From an uncultured delta proteobacterium (GTDB taxonomy: Bacteria; Myxococcota_A; Polyangia; Haliangiales; Haliangiaceae), in NCBI GenBank assembly GCA_963848295.1, contig CAWKDB010000002.1, positions 1,443,161 to 1,507,160 on the forward strand: 64,000 nucleotides of DNA. The letters are read 5' to 3'. The notes below the pieces were generated by a model. The model saw only the letters and a list, made by a program, of their open reading frames with translations. It did no database searches and was not told the DNA's origin. Positions 1-11,403 of the stretch are shown piece after piece (position 1 is the stretch's first letter; each line of letters starts with the position of its first letter). A program made the translations under genes and the position numbers.

Positions 1-460
1 CGGGCTCGGCGCGAGCGAGCGCGCGATGTGGGTCTCGACCGCGCACAACGATTCGATGGTCCTGTTCGCGGTCGCGCTCGCCGGCATCTCGGCGGCGCTG
101 CTCGCGGTCGGACCTGAGTGGACCGCCGCGACGCCTGGCGTCATCGCGATCGCCTGCGCCGCGTTCGCGCGGATCCGCGTACAGATCGACGAGCACGACG
201 TCCGCATCGCGTTTGGACCGTGGGGCTTTCCACGGATGCGCGTGCCGCTCGCGCGTATTCGCGAGGCGCGCGCCATCGAGCTCTCGCCGCTGTCCTGGGG
301 TTACCGCGGCAGCCTGCGCATCGGCGGACGGGCCGCGATCATCATCCGCCGCGGCGAAGCGGTCGAGCTGACGCTCGATGACGGCGAGATCCTCTCGATC
401 ACGGTCGACGATGCGGCGACTGGGGCCGGCCTCGTCAACGACCTCGTCGCGCGAGGATGA
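1..460 (+). CDS. Hypothetical membrane protein, C-terminal part (open at window start)
   Basis: Frame is open from base 2 (GLGASERAMWVS...). Two hydrophobic helices are followed by a soluble domain with a WGYRG motif; TGA at 458-460. Confidence 0.6.
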   Translation, partial: GLGASERAMWVSTAHNDSMVLFAVALAGISAALLAVGPEWTAATPGVIAIACAAFARIRVQIDEHDVRIAFGPWGFPRMRVPLARIREARAIELSPLSWGYRGSLRIGGRAAIIIRRGEAVELTLDDGEILSITVDDAATGAGLVNDLVARG

Positions 461-847
461 CTACATCGAAGGAGCGAGCTTGACCGCACCGAGATCGACA
501 TCGCTATCGATCGGGCCGGCGACCGTGATGGTGTTCGGCGGAGGAGCGCCGCCGTCGGGCAGAACCTGGAGCACGATCTCGAGCCCCGTCGTCCCGGTTG
601 GAACCGGGAACGCGAACCCACCGTCTTTGCAGCCGGCCTGCGTCGAGTAGGTGAACCCGGAGGAGTCGGTCGCCGAGATGCTGACGAGATCCTCGGGCAG
701 GCCGGTGTCTCGGCAGTCGAACGCGTCGGTCGGGCCGACCGTGCTCTGCCGGGTCCACGTGCCGGACACCGTAGGCTCGTCGTTCGTGCAACCCGTCGCA
801 GCCATACCCAAGAGGACGATCGGTAGTAACGCGGTGTACTTCGTCAT
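461..847 (-). CDS. Small hypothetical lipoprotein
   Basis: Start MTKYTALLPIVLLGMAATGC gives a signal peptide with lipobox Cys. Confidence 0.6.
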   Translation of the reverse strand: MTKYTALLPIVLLGMAATGCTNDEPTVSGTWTRQSTVGPTDAFDCRDTGLPEDLVSISATDSSGFTYSTQAGCKDGGFAFPVPTGTTGLEIVLQVLPDGGAPPPNTITVAGPIDSDVDLGAVKLAPSM

Positions 848-1006
848 GGTCGGATAATTTGCAGCCGTCGTGCCGGTTCCTAAGTCGTGGCCGCGCACGC
901 GAGCGAGCCTCCCGCGGTGGTGGAGGCTCACCTTGTCCGCTCGATCATGAACAGACGTTACAGGAGGGTTGCAGCGCGCAGCTCGCGCACCTGCGAGCGC
1001 CACACG

Positions 1007-2659
1007 TTAGAGCCGCAGCCGCGCGAGTTGGCGAGTGCGCACCTCGGAAGATGCACGCGGATCGTAATCGGTGTCGGCCACTCGATGCCCGAGCATCTGC
1101 TCGACCGCGAACAGCGTCCAGACGCGGACGAACGGCGAGGTGTCGTCGAGGCCGCGGCGCAGCGCAGCGGTGATCTCGTGACCGCGGCCGGCACGCGCGT
1201 AGGCCGCGATCGCGAGCAACCGCACGTCGGCGACAGTGCTCGCGAGCCAGACCGCGCCGACATCGCGATCGAGCGAGCCATACGCGTGCGTCCACGCCGC
1301 GGCCGGCGCGAGCGCGACTTCCCAGTCGGCGCGCAGCGCGTCGAGCGTCCACCCGATCGGGCGATCGAGGTGACACAGGTTGCACGCGTTCGGCGCGGCC
1401 ACGGCGAGCAGCTTCGGATCGGTCGGCGACGAGATGCGATGGGTGCGCACGACATGATCGATGCCGAGCACGACGCGCGGCATGTGGCAGTCGAGGCACG
1501 TGGTGGTCGCGTGGCCGGCGCCGGCGTGGCCGCGCGCGGCGGCCGGATCCGCGAGCGTGGCGTGACACCGCACGCACGCTGCGATCGCGCGGGTCTCGGT
1601 ATCGGCGAGCCCGGCCTCGCCACGGTGCGGATCGTGGCAGTCGATGCAGCGGATCGTCGTGCAAGGCGACGCGTCGAGATCGAGCGCCTCGCTCGAGTTG
1701 CGCAGCGCGGTGCCGTCGGGCAACCGTGGCGACGGACCGGAGTGGCACTGCGCGCACACCAGGTTGACGACCCGCGGATCGCCGCGCTCGACGTCGAACC
1801 CGCTCGCCTCCGCGGGGAGCGCATCGGCCGCAGCCGGCTTGCGGCGCGCGCCGCGCGGTGTGAACTGCATCGACGCGCCACGCAGGTGGCCGGCGGCGCC
1901 GAGATGGCAGCTCTCGCAGCTGATGCCGGTCGTCACCTGGGCGGCGACCTCCAGCGTGCCACGCGCGGCTCCCGCGAGCGACGGCGCGTCCGGCCCCGGA
2001 TCGAAGAGCTGCTCGAGCCCGTGGCCGACGTTCGCCGGCCCCGACGAGCGCGCGAGTCGCTGCTCGAACGCGTACGTCGAATGACACCACGGGCAGCGCT
2101 CGGCCCACGGTTCGCGCACCGGTGCGAACGCTTCGGCCGCTTGCTCGCGGCCGAGCCACGGATTGAAGTACGTCTGCGGATACCAGCCCGCGCGCCGAGG
2201 CCACCACCCGAACGGCAGCCGGACCTCGGTGCCATCGCCGCCGCGCTCGATGCCGACGTACTCCTGGAGCCCGCGGCGTCCGATCGTGCGCGTCACCTCG
2301 TAGGTCGTGGCCGTCGCGCCTCGCGCGAGCGTCATCACGTAGCGCGCTCCGTCGCGCGTGAACCGCGCCTCGCCACCTGCATAGCGCAGCGTCGCATTCG
2401 CGAAGTCACCGATCACCGCGCCGGCGTCGTCGGCCTTCGCGTTCATCACGCGGTGCAAGCTTTGCGACCAGCGGCCGTACTCGCCGGCGTGGCAATCGGA
2501 GCACGGCTTCGGGCCGACGTAGTCCGCGCGCGCGATGTTGTGCTCGACCGGCTTCGGCGGCGTGGCCGGATGGGCGACCGGCGGCGCGGCTCCGGTCTCG
2601 GGAGGCGAGCTTCGCGACGAACAGCCGAGGACCAGGGCGAGGACGACCGCGCGCCGCAT
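1007..2659 (-). CDS. Multiheme (8 x CxxCH) c-type cytochrome lipoprotein with C-terminal HEAT-like helices
   Basis: Start MRRAVVLALVLGC. Motifs CSDCH, CPWCH, CESCH, CAQCH, CIDCH, CVRCH, CLDCH, CNLCH. Start overlaps the SDR stop. Confidence 0.85.
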   Translation of the reverse strand: MRRAVVLALVLGCSSRSSPPETGAAPPVAHPATPPKPVEHNIARADYVGPKPCSDCHAGEYGRWSQSLHRVMNAKADDAGAVIGDFANATLRYAGGEARFTRDGARYVMTLARGATATTYEVTRTIGRRGLQEYVGIERGGDGTEVRLPFGWWPRRAGWYPQTYFNPWLGREQAAEAFAPVREPWAERCPWCHSTYAFEQRLARSSGPANVGHGLEQLFDPGPDAPSLAGAARGTLEVAAQVTTGISCESCHLGAAGHLRGASMQFTPRGARRKPAAADALPAEASGFDVERGDPRVVNLVCAQCHSGPSPRLPDGTALRNSSEALDLDASPCTTIRCIDCHDPHRGEAGLADTETRAIAACVRCHATLADPAAARGHAGAGHATTTCLDCHMPRVVLGIDHVVRTHRISSPTDPKLLAVAAPNACNLCHLDRPIGWTLDALRADWEVALAPAAAWTHAYGSLDRDVGAVWLASTVADVRLLAIAAYARAGRGHEITAALRRGLDDTSPFVRVWTLFAVEQMLGHRVADTDYDPRASSEVRTRQLARLRL

Positions 2660-3510
2660 CAGTCCCAGGTGACGCCGCACAGTCGCTCGCTCAGCGTCCA
2701 CAGCTCGCGGGCGCTCGCGTCGTCGCGCGCGCGCTTCGACGGCCGCGTCACCTTCGAGTTGCGGAAGAACTCGCCGGTCACGCCTTCGATCTCGGGCGAG
2801 CTCGCGACGTAGATCGACGTCTGCGCACCCTGTCGCGGCGACTTGAGCAGCGGGCCGACCACGCGCGAGCCCTTGCGGAACAGCCAGCCACCGCTCTGGC
2901 CGAAGTTCGTGCGCACCGTGCCGGGATGCAGCGAGTTCGACGTGATCCGCCGCGCGCGCAGGCGATGCGCCGCTTCGCGAGCGAACCAGATGTTGCACAG
3001 CTTCGCCGCGCCGTAGTTGCGGACCTGGCCGCGCCACATCGTGGGCAGCTCGTCCCACGCGAACGCCGGCGCGAAGTTGTGGCCCATCGACGACACGGTC
3101 ACGATCCGCGCCGGAGCGGCCGCCGCGAGCGCGTCGCGCAGCTCGTACGTCAACAGGAACGGCGCGAGGTGGTTGACCCCGAACGTGCGCTCGAACCCAT
3201 CGGGCGTCGTGCCATGGGAGCCGACGATCAAGCCGGCGTTGTTGACCAGCACGTCGACCCGGGGATAGCGCGAGCGGAGCTCGGCACCCGCGGCGCGGAT
3301 CTGATCGAGCGACTCGAGGTCCGCCATCACGAGCTCGAGCTCTGCCGCCGGGGCGTCGGCCTTGATGCTCGCGACCGCCGCCTCGCCGCGGCCCCGGTCG
3401 CGCACGATCAGCGCGAGCCGCGCGCCTTGCTGGGCGAGCGCCCGGGCGGTCTCGAGCCCGATCCCCGAGCTGGCGCCGGTGATCACGACCGTCTTGCCTT
3501 GCACCGACAT
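2659..3510 (-). CDS. Short-chain dehydrogenase/reductase (retinol dehydrogenase-like)
   Basis: TGASSGIG Rossmann motif, NNAG, YGAAK catalytic YxxxK, LHPGTVRT. Confidence 0.92.
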   Translation of the reverse strand: MSVQGKTVVITGASSGIGLETARALAQQGARLALIVRDRGRGEAAVASIKADAPAAELELVMADLESLDQIRAAGAELRSRYPRVDVLVNNAGLIVGSHGTTPDGFERTFGVNHLAPFLLTYELRDALAAAAPARIVTVSSMGHNFAPAFAWDELPTMWRGQVRNYGAAKLCNIWFAREAAHRLRARRITSNSLHPGTVRTNFGQSGGWLFRKGSRVVGPLLKSPRQGAQTSIYVASSPEIEGVTGEFFRNSKVTRPSKRARDDASARELWTLSERLCGVTWD

Positions 3511-3579
3511 GGGCGCAGCCTACCCGAACCTCCCGGTTCGCCGGCGGAAGATCGGCACGCCGCCGCCGGTTGAAGCCAC

Positions 3580-4131
3580 GTGACCGAACTGCTGGCCCAC
3601 TACATCGCGCGCGGCGCCGAGCCGTGGAACGTGTCGACCGAAGCGGCGTGGCTCGACTACCAGCTGCGCGCGTGGATCGGGCCGCGGCTGCCCAAGCGCC
3701 GGCCGTTGCGCGCGTGCAACGTCGGGATCGGCGTCGGGTTGTGGGACGACTGGCTCGGCTACGAGCTGGGGCCTGGCGCGACGCTGGTCTCGGTCGATCG
3801 CGATCCCGAGGTCTGCCGGACGTTCGAGCTGCGGCAACAGCTCGAGCGCCACCCGTTCGCGGCGCGCGTCGTGTGCGCCGATGCGCGCGTCGCCGACCTC
3901 GGCTCGTTCGACCTGATCACGTGCGTCGGCAACCTGCGCGCCGAGCACGGCGGGGCGCTCGAGCCCGCGCTGCGCCACGCGCTCGCGCCCGGCGGCGTGT
4001 TGCTGCTCGGCGATGTGCTGCTCGCCGGCGATGCGCTCCCCGCCGGCGCCGAGCTGCGCCAGTTGCACGAGATCATCGTCGCGTTCCGCGCGATCCACAG
4101 CGATCCGACCGCGCTCGCCGCCGCTTCGTGA
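3580..4131 (+). CDS. Class I SAM-dependent methyltransferase
   Basis: NVGIGVG motif I-like, SVDRD, FDLITC, LAPGGVLL. Confidence 0.65.
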   Translation: MTELLAHYIARGAEPWNVSTEAAWLDYQLRAWIGPRLPKRRPLRACNVGIGVGLWDDWLGYELGPGATLVSVDRDPEVCRTFELRQQLERHPFAARVVCADARVADLGSFDLITCVGNLRAEHGGALEPALRHALAPGGVLLLGDVLLAGDALPAGAELRQLHEIIVAFRAIHSDPTALAAAS

Positions 4132-5568
4132 TCAGCGCGTGAACGCGCCGGTCGTGGTGGTCGCGCGGCCATCGGGGAGTGGTTCGATGAACGGCGTGGT
4201 CACGCTGTAGCCGGGGCTCGAGATCGCGGTGATTTGGGCGATGTTGCGCTGGCCGGCCACCAGCAGGCCGTCGGGAATCTCGAAGGAGGTTTCACCCGTA
4301 TACGCGACGAGCACGTAACCGAGCCTGACTCCGGTCGCATCGTACGCGGTGACGAAGATCTCGTAGCCCGAGGTCGTGCCGAGCGACGGCGGTTGCCAGG
4401 TCAACGTCGGCGTCGCGCCGACCGATTCGTTCGAAGCGTAGCCATCATCGCCGTTGATCTGCAGCCCGGTTGGGGCGGAGAGAACAGGTGCGATCATCCC
4501 CGCGGTCCGAACCATGTCGATCGGCAACGCCACGGCGATCCCGTCGTAGGACGCCAGTTGAATGGCGGAATTCGCGACGAGAACGGAGTACTCAGCGATG
4601 ACGTATTCACTCCACGGCACGCCGCCGGTCGCGAGCGGATTGCTATAGCTGTAGTCCACCGCGAGGTCGGTGGTCGCGGCGGGCGACGAATCGACCACGA
4701 GGTCCGGCGTGCTCATCTCGAGCGCCCCTGGCAACACCGCAGGCGGCAACGCGTCGACAAGCAGCGACCAAGTCGCAGCCGTCGTCGCAAGAACGTTTGG
4801 ACCGAGGTCGGCGCGCAATGCTTCGAACGCGCTGCGCTGGAACGTCGCGGTCAACGTCTCATCGGCGGTGACACCCGTGAGACTCGGCTCGAGCAACAAC
4901 GTGCCCGCGCCGACCATCGTGAAGTCGCCGACGCTCGCCAGCGTCTCGATCGCCGCATACGTGCCCGCGGTTGTGAGTGCGAGCTGGTAGACGAGCGTGG
5001 CTCCATCCTCGCTCGCATCCACCTCGCCGCCAGACCAGTCCACCTCCGTGCCAGCCGTCATTGTGGCGCCCGGGAGGAGCCCCGGCTCAGCCTCGACCGA
5101 CGTTGGGTAGAACTCGACCGCGCCGGCATTCGAGTTGACGACTTCGATCCGGTCGCCGCTAGCCCAGGGCGCGAGACCCGTCGCATCGAGCATGACCGTC
5201 GTGTCGTTGGTGAACACCACATCCGACCTGCCGAGCTCGACATAGCTCAGATCTAGCGTGCTGCCGGTACCGGCGAAGTACTCGGGAGCAAAGCCGCTGC
5301 CGGCGCTCCATTCGACGACCCAATGATCCGTGTCGGCCGGCAGCCGCAGGTCGACGGGCTCGGGTCCGCCTGTCTTCGAGTACCACTGCGAAGAGTCGGC
5401 GGTCGGATCGACGACGGTGAACGTCGTGCCGGTGAAGTCCCTCGGCACCGTGACCGCGCCGCTATCGGTTACGTACTGCCCCGAACCGGTGACCTGAAGC
5501 GTCGGCCCATTCCCCGGACTCGCGCAGCCCGCACCGATCGCCACAACCCCGACCCACCGCTCCATCAT
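4132..5568 (-). CDS. Hypothetical secreted/lipoprotein with C-terminal FnIII-like segment
   Basis: Long acidic Thr/Gly-rich ORF, N-terminal AIGAGC lipobox, C-terminal TPTLTWQPPSLG...Y pattern. Confidence 0.65.
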   Translation of the reverse strand: MMERWVGVVAIGAGCASPGNGPTLQVTGSGQYVTDSGAVTVPRDFTGTTFTVVDPTADSSQWYSKTGGPEPVDLRLPADTDHWVVEWSAGSGFAPEYFAGTGSTLDLSYVELGRSDVVFTNDTTVMLDATGLAPWASGDRIEVVNSNAGAVEFYPTSVEAEPGLLPGATMTAGTEVDWSGGEVDASEDGATLVYQLALTTAGTYAAIETLASVGDFTMVGAGTLLLEPSLTGVTADETLTATFQRSAFEALRADLGPNVLATTAATWSLLVDALPPAVLPGALEMSTPDLVVDSSPAATTDLAVDYSYSNPLATGGVPWSEYVIAEYSVLVANSAIQLASYDGIAVALPIDMVRTAGMIAPVLSAPTGLQINGDDGYASNESVGATPTLTWQPPSLGTTSGYEIFVTAYDATGVRLGYVLVAYTGETSFEIPDGLLVAGQRNIAQITAISSPGYSVTTPFIEPLPDGRATTTTGAFTR

Positions 5569-5607
5569 CGTTCCAGACTTATCACGCCGCGCCGGCGCGA
5601 TGCGATC

Positions 5608-6687
<1,080 letters not shown>

Positions 6688-6689
6688 CG

Positions 6690-7328
6690 CTACCTCGGCA
6701 TGCTCCGCAGCGCCTGCCGGAGCAGCGCCTCGATCGTGGCGTCGGGCGCGACCGGCAGCTCGGCGACCGCTTGCTCCGCCTCTTGCGGCCGCCAGCCCAT
6801 CCCGACGAGCGCGTTCATCACCTCTTCGATCATCGGGTGGCGTCCGGTGCGCAGCCGCGCCGGCGCGATGATCGAGCCATTCGAGCTCGGCCGCAGCGCG
6901 CCGCCCGCATCCCAGCCGAGCACGAGCTCGGCGCACTTGTCGTGGAGCTCGACGACCGTGAGCTCGGCGGTCTTCTTGCCGACGCCCTTGATCCGGGTCA
7001 GCCCGACGATGTCCTCGCGCACGATCAGCGTGGCGATATCGCGCGGATTCGAGCCCGACAGGATCGCGATCGCGGTGCTCGGGCCGACGTTCTTCACCGT
7101 GATCAACAAGTCGAACAACGCGCGCTCTTGCGCGTCGGCAAACCCGTACAACGACATCTTCGCGTCGGTGACGTGGGTGTAGATGCGGAGCGTCACCTGC
7201 TCGCCCTCGCTGGGCAGCGCCGCTAGCGTGTACTGCGAGCACACGACGTCGTAGCCGACCCCGCCGCACTCGACGACCACGCGCGTCGGCAAGCGTTCGA
7301 CCAAGACGCCGGCGAGCCGAGCGATCAC
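6690..7328 (-). CDS. ruvA: Holliday junction branch migration protein RuvA
   Basis: GTG start MIARLAG, GGVGY, LYGF, HhH motifs VKNVGPSTA and IKGVGKKTA; lies between ruvC and ruvB. Confidence 0.95.
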   Translation of the reverse strand: MIARLAGVLVERLPTRVVVECGGVGYDVVCSQYTLAALPSEGEQVTLRIYTHVTDAKMSLYGFADAQERALFDLLITVKNVGPSTAIAILSGSNPRDIATLIVREDIVGLTRIKGVGKKTAELTVVELHDKCAELVLGWDAGGALRPSSNGSIIAPARLRTGRHPMIEEVMNALVGMGWRPQEAEQAVAELPVAPDATIEALLRQALRSMPR

Positions 7329-7867
7329 GATCGCCCTCGCCGGACGACGCGCGGCGCGGTCACGCGGACCTCGACCGCCGGGACGATCTTCGCCACGCTC
7401 ACTCGCACCGTGCGCCCGTGCGTGATCGCGACCGCGAGCGCATCGCTGGCGTCGGCGCGCGGCAAGCTGCGCATCCCGATCAGCACGCGCACCATCCGGC
7501 CGATCTGATCCTTGCTCGCGCCGCCCGAGCCGGCGACCGCCTTCTTGACCAGCGCCGGTGGGTACGACGCGACGCGCAGGCCGGCGAGCCCGCACACCGC
7601 GAGCGCCATGCCGCGCGCTTGGGCGAGCGCAAGCGCGCTGCGCGGGTTCGCGTGGGTGAACACGTCCTCGATCGCGACGACGGTCGGCGCGAGCTCGTCG
7701 ATCACCTCGCGCAAGCCGCGCGCGATCTCGCCGAGCCGGATCTCCATCGCGCGGTCGGCCGGCGCGGTCAGCACGCCGCACTCGACGTAGCGCAGCTCCC
7801 CGCCGGCGTCGTCGACGACGCCGTAGCCGCACACCCGACTGCCGGGGTCGATGCCGAGGATTCGCAC
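7325..7867 (-). CDS. ruvC: Crossover junction endodeoxyribonuclease RuvC
   Basis: MRILGIDPGS, AIEDVF, LAQARG, KKAVAGSGGASK, DASDALAVA. Confidence 0.97.
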   Translation of the reverse strand: MRILGIDPGSRVCGYGVVDDAGGELRYVECGVLTAPADRAMEIRLGEIARGLREVIDELAPTVVAIEDVFTHANPRSALALAQARGMALAVCGLAGLRVASYPPALVKKAVAGSGGASKDQIGRMVRVLIGMRSLPRADASDALAVAITHGRTVRVSVAKIVPAVEVRVTAPRVVRRGRS

Positions 7868-7930
7868 GCCCTACCCTAACCTACCCGTCCGACAGTCGGT
7901 TCGCGGTTGCGCCGGCACACTTCGTCTACA

Positions 7931-10108
7931 ATGGACGTGATGCGCATCGGGTTGCTCGGTTGTGTCGCGCTGACGGCCTGTATCACGCCCGATCTCGTGC
8001 CGTGCGGCGACAACAGCTGTCCGCAGGGAACGATCTGCCTCGCCGGCAGTCGCTGCGTCACGCAGGGCGCCCTCGACGCATGCTCGGGCACGGCCGATGG
8101 CACGTTGTGCACCGTCGACTCGACCATCGGCATCTGCGCGAACGGCGCGTGCACGCTCGCGCGATGTGGCGACGGCATCCTCGAGCCCGGCGAAGGCTGC
8201 GACGGCGGCGTGCCGGCCGGCACCGACTGCAGCTACTTCGGCTACTACCACGGCGACCTCACCTGCTCGAACACTTGCCAGCTCGACACCGCGAGCTGCG
8301 CCGGGCGCTGCGGCGACGGCGCGATCGACTCGGACCAGGGCGAGTACTGCGACGGCTCGTTGCCGGTCGGCGCGAGCTGCTTTGACTTCGGCTACGACGT
8401 CGGTGCGCTCGCCTGCGGCGAGAGCTGCGGTGCCGACCTGGGCGACTGCCACCAACTGCACTGGGAGCGCGCGTTCAACATCCATGACAGCCTCGTCGAC
8501 ATCTGGGGCGGCGACGGCCGGCTCGGCCTCGTCGCGGCGAACGGGACGGCGTGGCTCACCGACCACGGCTCTCGGGTCACGGCGCCCGGAACCGGCTACG
8601 CCGCGATCGCCGGCAGCGAAGGATCGATGTGGGCGGCTGGCCCGACAGCGCTCGCATGGTGGACACCGAACGGCGGGTGGGCGAGCCAGGCGCCGCCGTG
8701 GACCGCCAACCGCACGATCCATGACGTCTGGGCCAGCGACACGCTCGGGGTCTACGTCTCGACGAATCAGGACGCCGCGCTGTGGCACTTCGACGGCACG
8801 AGCTGGACCCAGATCGCGGGCGCATGGGGTGCGGGCGCCAGCTTCGGGCAGCCCGAGGACACGCTCTACGTGATCGATCCGAATCAGGTCTCGACGTGGG
8901 ACGGATCGACCTGGGGCTCGCTCGCACTCCAGGCCACAGTGGCGATCGCGACCGGCGGTGACGGCGTGCGCTACATCATCGCGGCCGGCTACGGCTATTA
9001 CCAGGTCATCGCCGACACTCAGTCGTGGGAGTGGACCTCCGGCTACCCGCCGTTGGGGCTCGCGCCGACCGTGAGTGGCGTGTTCGCCACCGCCGCGCTG
9101 TTCGACGTGCCCGGAGGACCCTACACGGGTGGCATGGAGCTCGGCGTCGCCGCCAGCGGCCTCGACTGGCCATTCCCCGGTGGAGGTGTGATCGCCGGCG
9201 ATGGACGCGGCGTCGTCTACACGGCGACCAGCAATGGCTTGTACGCGCTCGCGAAGGGCGAATGGGTCTCCGACCTCAGCGACAGCACGAATGCGACCGT
9301 GATGTTCGATCGCGCGGGCGCCTCCACGGTCGAGGACTATGAAGCGCAGACGACGCTCTCGCCATGGGGCGAGGAGACGACCGTCCCGACAGGCTGCGAT
9401 CTCGGTGAGACCATCGGTCCGTACTCGTACTGCTGGATGCAGTCGGGCGGCACAATCGAGATCGCGACGCCGGACGGCACCACCGGAGTGACCACTGGCT
9501 CGGTCGCCGCGATGTGGATCGCCGGCGACGGCACGTCCGCCGCGACCGTCGGCGATCACGCGTTCGCCTGGGGAACCGACCTCGCATGGCAGACCGCGGC
9601 CCCGCCGATCGCGTTCAGCGCGGTCGCCGGCGACAGCGTGAACGACCTCTACGCGCTGGGCCTCGGCGACGGAGATACCGTAGTGCGCATGTGGCACTTC
9701 GACGGCGCGAGCTGGACCGCGATCACCGCGCCGCTCGTCCGCGATCTCCAGTCGCTGGTCGTCGACACCGCCACGGCCTACGCGACGTCCGGTGGCCAGC
9801 TGGTCGCGGTCGACCGAGCGACCGACGCGCTGACGACGCCGTCGACAGGGCTCACCCTCGGCCTGCTGAGTGGCCGCGGCGCCGAGCTGTTCGCCACCGG
9901 CAGCGACGCGACTGGAACCTCGCCGCTGTGGTTCTTCAACGGTGTGTCGTGGTCGCCGGTCCGCGTCCCACCGAACATCCTCGCCTTTCCGATCGTCGGG
10001 CTGTGGGACGGGGGCGCGCAGCTCTACGCGAACGTTGGCCTGGACAACCACTATCAGGCACAGATGTACCGGCTTGTCCGCACCGGTCCCTGGCTACTGG
10101 CGCCGTAG
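7931..10108 (+). CDS. Large lipoprotein with myxobacterial Cys-rich repeats and beta-propeller-like C-terminus
   Basis: Lipobox LTAC. CGDGILEPGEGCDGG and CGDGAIDSDQGEYCDG repeats; repeated WHFDGxSW motifs. Confidence 0.75.
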   Translation: MDVMRIGLLGCVALTACITPDLVPCGDNSCPQGTICLAGSRCVTQGALDACSGTADGTLCTVDSTIGICANGACTLARCGDGILEPGEGCDGGVPAGTDCSYFGYYHGDLTCSNTCQLDTASCAGRCGDGAIDSDQGEYCDGSLPVGASCFDFGYDVGALACGESCGADLGDCHQLHWERAFNIHDSLVDIWGGDGRLGLVAANGTAWLTDHGSRVTAPGTGYAAIAGSEGSMWAAGPTALAWWTPNGGWASQAPPWTANRTIHDVWASDTLGVYVSTNQDAALWHFDGTSWTQIAGAWGAGASFGQPEDTLYVIDPNQVSTWDGSTWGSLALQATVAIATGGDGVRYIIAAGYGYYQVIADTQSWEWTSGYPPLGLAPTVSGVFATAALFDVPGGPYTGGMELGVAASGLDWPFPGGGVIAGDGRGVVYTATSNGLYALAKGEWVSDLSDSTNATVMFDRAGASTVEDYEAQTTLSPWGEETTVPTGCDLGETIGPYSYCWMQSGGTIEIATPDGTTGVTTGSVAAMWIAGDGTSAATVGDHAFAWGTDLAWQTAAPPIAFSAVAGDSVNDLYALGLGDGDTVVRMWHFDGASWTAITAPLVRDLQSLVVDTATAYATSGGQLVAVDRATDALTTPSTGLTLGLLSGRGAELFATGSDATGTSPLWFFNGVSWSPVRVPPNILAFPIVGLWDGGAQLYANVGLDNHYQAQMYRLVRTGPWLLAP

Positions 10109-10135
10109 ACCGAACCGGCGGCTCGTACGGCAGCA

Positions 10136-10816
10136 TTAGCGCGGGCGCGCGCCGAAAATCGCGGTGCCGACGCGCACGTGGGTCGCGCCGCACGCGATCG
10201 CGACCTCGAAGTCTCCGCTCATCCCCATCGATAGTACCGGCAACGGCAGTGCGAGCTCGGCGCGCAGCCGGGCCCGGAGCTGCGCCAACGCGGCAAAGTA
10301 CGGGCGGCTCGCCTCGCCATCGTCGGACGGCGGCGGCATCGTCATCAAGCCGTCGAGTCGAACGCCAGCCGTGCCCGCGATCGCGCGGGCGAGCGACGAG
10401 GCGTCGCCGGTCGTGCTGCCGGTCTTCGTCGCCTCGCCGCTGACGTTGACGGCCAGCAGCACGGGTTGGACCGCGCCGCCCGCGCGCTTGCCGAGCTCGG
10501 CCGCGAGCTCGACCGAGTCGACCGCGTGGACGAGCACGACCTGGCCGGCGACGAGCTTGGCCTTGTTGCGCTGCAGCCGGCCGATGAAGTGCCAGCGCGC
10601 GTCGGCCGCGACCTCGCCGCGCTTGGTCGCGAGCTCCTGCGCGTAGTTTTCGCCGAAGTCGCGCGCGCCGGCCGCGTACGCTTCGGCGACCGCGCTCGCG
10701 GGCTGGAGCTTCGACACCGCGATCAGCGTGACCTCGGCCGGCGCTCGGCCGGCGCGCTCGCAGGCCGCGTCGACTCGCGCGCGCACCGCTCGCCAGTTGT
10801 CGGCGACGGTGGTCAC
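10136..10816 (-). CDS. yggS: YggS family PLP-binding protein
   Basis: LIAVSK, FGENYAQE, WHFIGRLQRNK, LSMGMSGD, VRVGTAIFGAR; GTG start. Confidence 0.95.
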   Translation of the reverse strand: MTTVADNWRAVRARVDAACERAGRAPAEVTLIAVSKLQPASAVAEAYAAGARDFGENYAQELATKRGEVAADARWHFIGRLQRNKAKLVAGQVVLVHAVDSVELAAELGKRAGGAVQPVLLAVNVSGEATKTGSTTGDASSLARAIAGTAGVRLDGLMTMPPPSDDGEASRPYFAALAQLRARLRAELALPLPVLSMGMSGDFEVAIACGATHVRVGTAIFGARPR

Positions 10817-11403
10817 GCCGGGATCCCGCGCGCGAGTCGTTCGGCCGGCGCGCCGAGCTCGCGCAACACCTCGAGCACCTCGGCGAGCGGCAAGCCGATC
10901 ACGTTCGTGACCGAGCCGCGGACCTCGCGCACCAGCGCGGCGGCGATGCCTTGGATCGCGTAGGCGCCGGCCTTGCCGCGCCACTCGCCCGAGGCGACGT
11001 AATCGGCGACCGTCGCGGCATCGAACGCGATCATCGCGACCTCGGTCGACACGAGGCCATCGCGGCGCGCGTCGTCGCCGATCACGGTGAACGCGGTGAT
11101 CACTTGATGGACGCGCCCCGCGAGCTGCAACAACATCGCCACGGCTTCACCCTCGGTCTCGGCTTTGCCGAGGATCGCGCCGGCGATCGTCACCGTCGTA
11201 TCGGCGGCCAGCACGAACTGGCCCGGCCCACGCGCGACCGCTTGCGCCTTCGCCGCCGCGATCCGCGCGACATACGCCAGCGGCGCCTCGCCGGCGAACG
11301 GGCGCTCGTCGACGTTCGCGGCTCGGACCTCGAGCGCCACGCCGGCTTGCTCGAGCAACGCGCGCCGGCGGGGCGACGCCGACGCCAGCAGGAGCGGCGT
11401 CAC
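10813..11403 (-). CDS. maf: Maf family nucleoside triphosphate pyrophosphatase
   Basis: LLLASASPRRRALL, AADTTV, ILGK, GKAGAYAIQG, NVIGLPL. Confidence 0.93.
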   Translation of the reverse strand: MTPLLLASASPRRRALLEQAGVALEVRAANVDERPFAGEAPLAYVARIAAAKAQAVARGPGQFVLAADTTVTIAGAILGKAETEGEAVAMLLQLAGRVHQVITAFTVIGDDARRDGLVSTEVAMIAFDAATVADYVASGEWRGKAGAYAIQGIAAALVREVRGSVTNVIGLPLAEVLEVLRELGAPAERLARGIPA

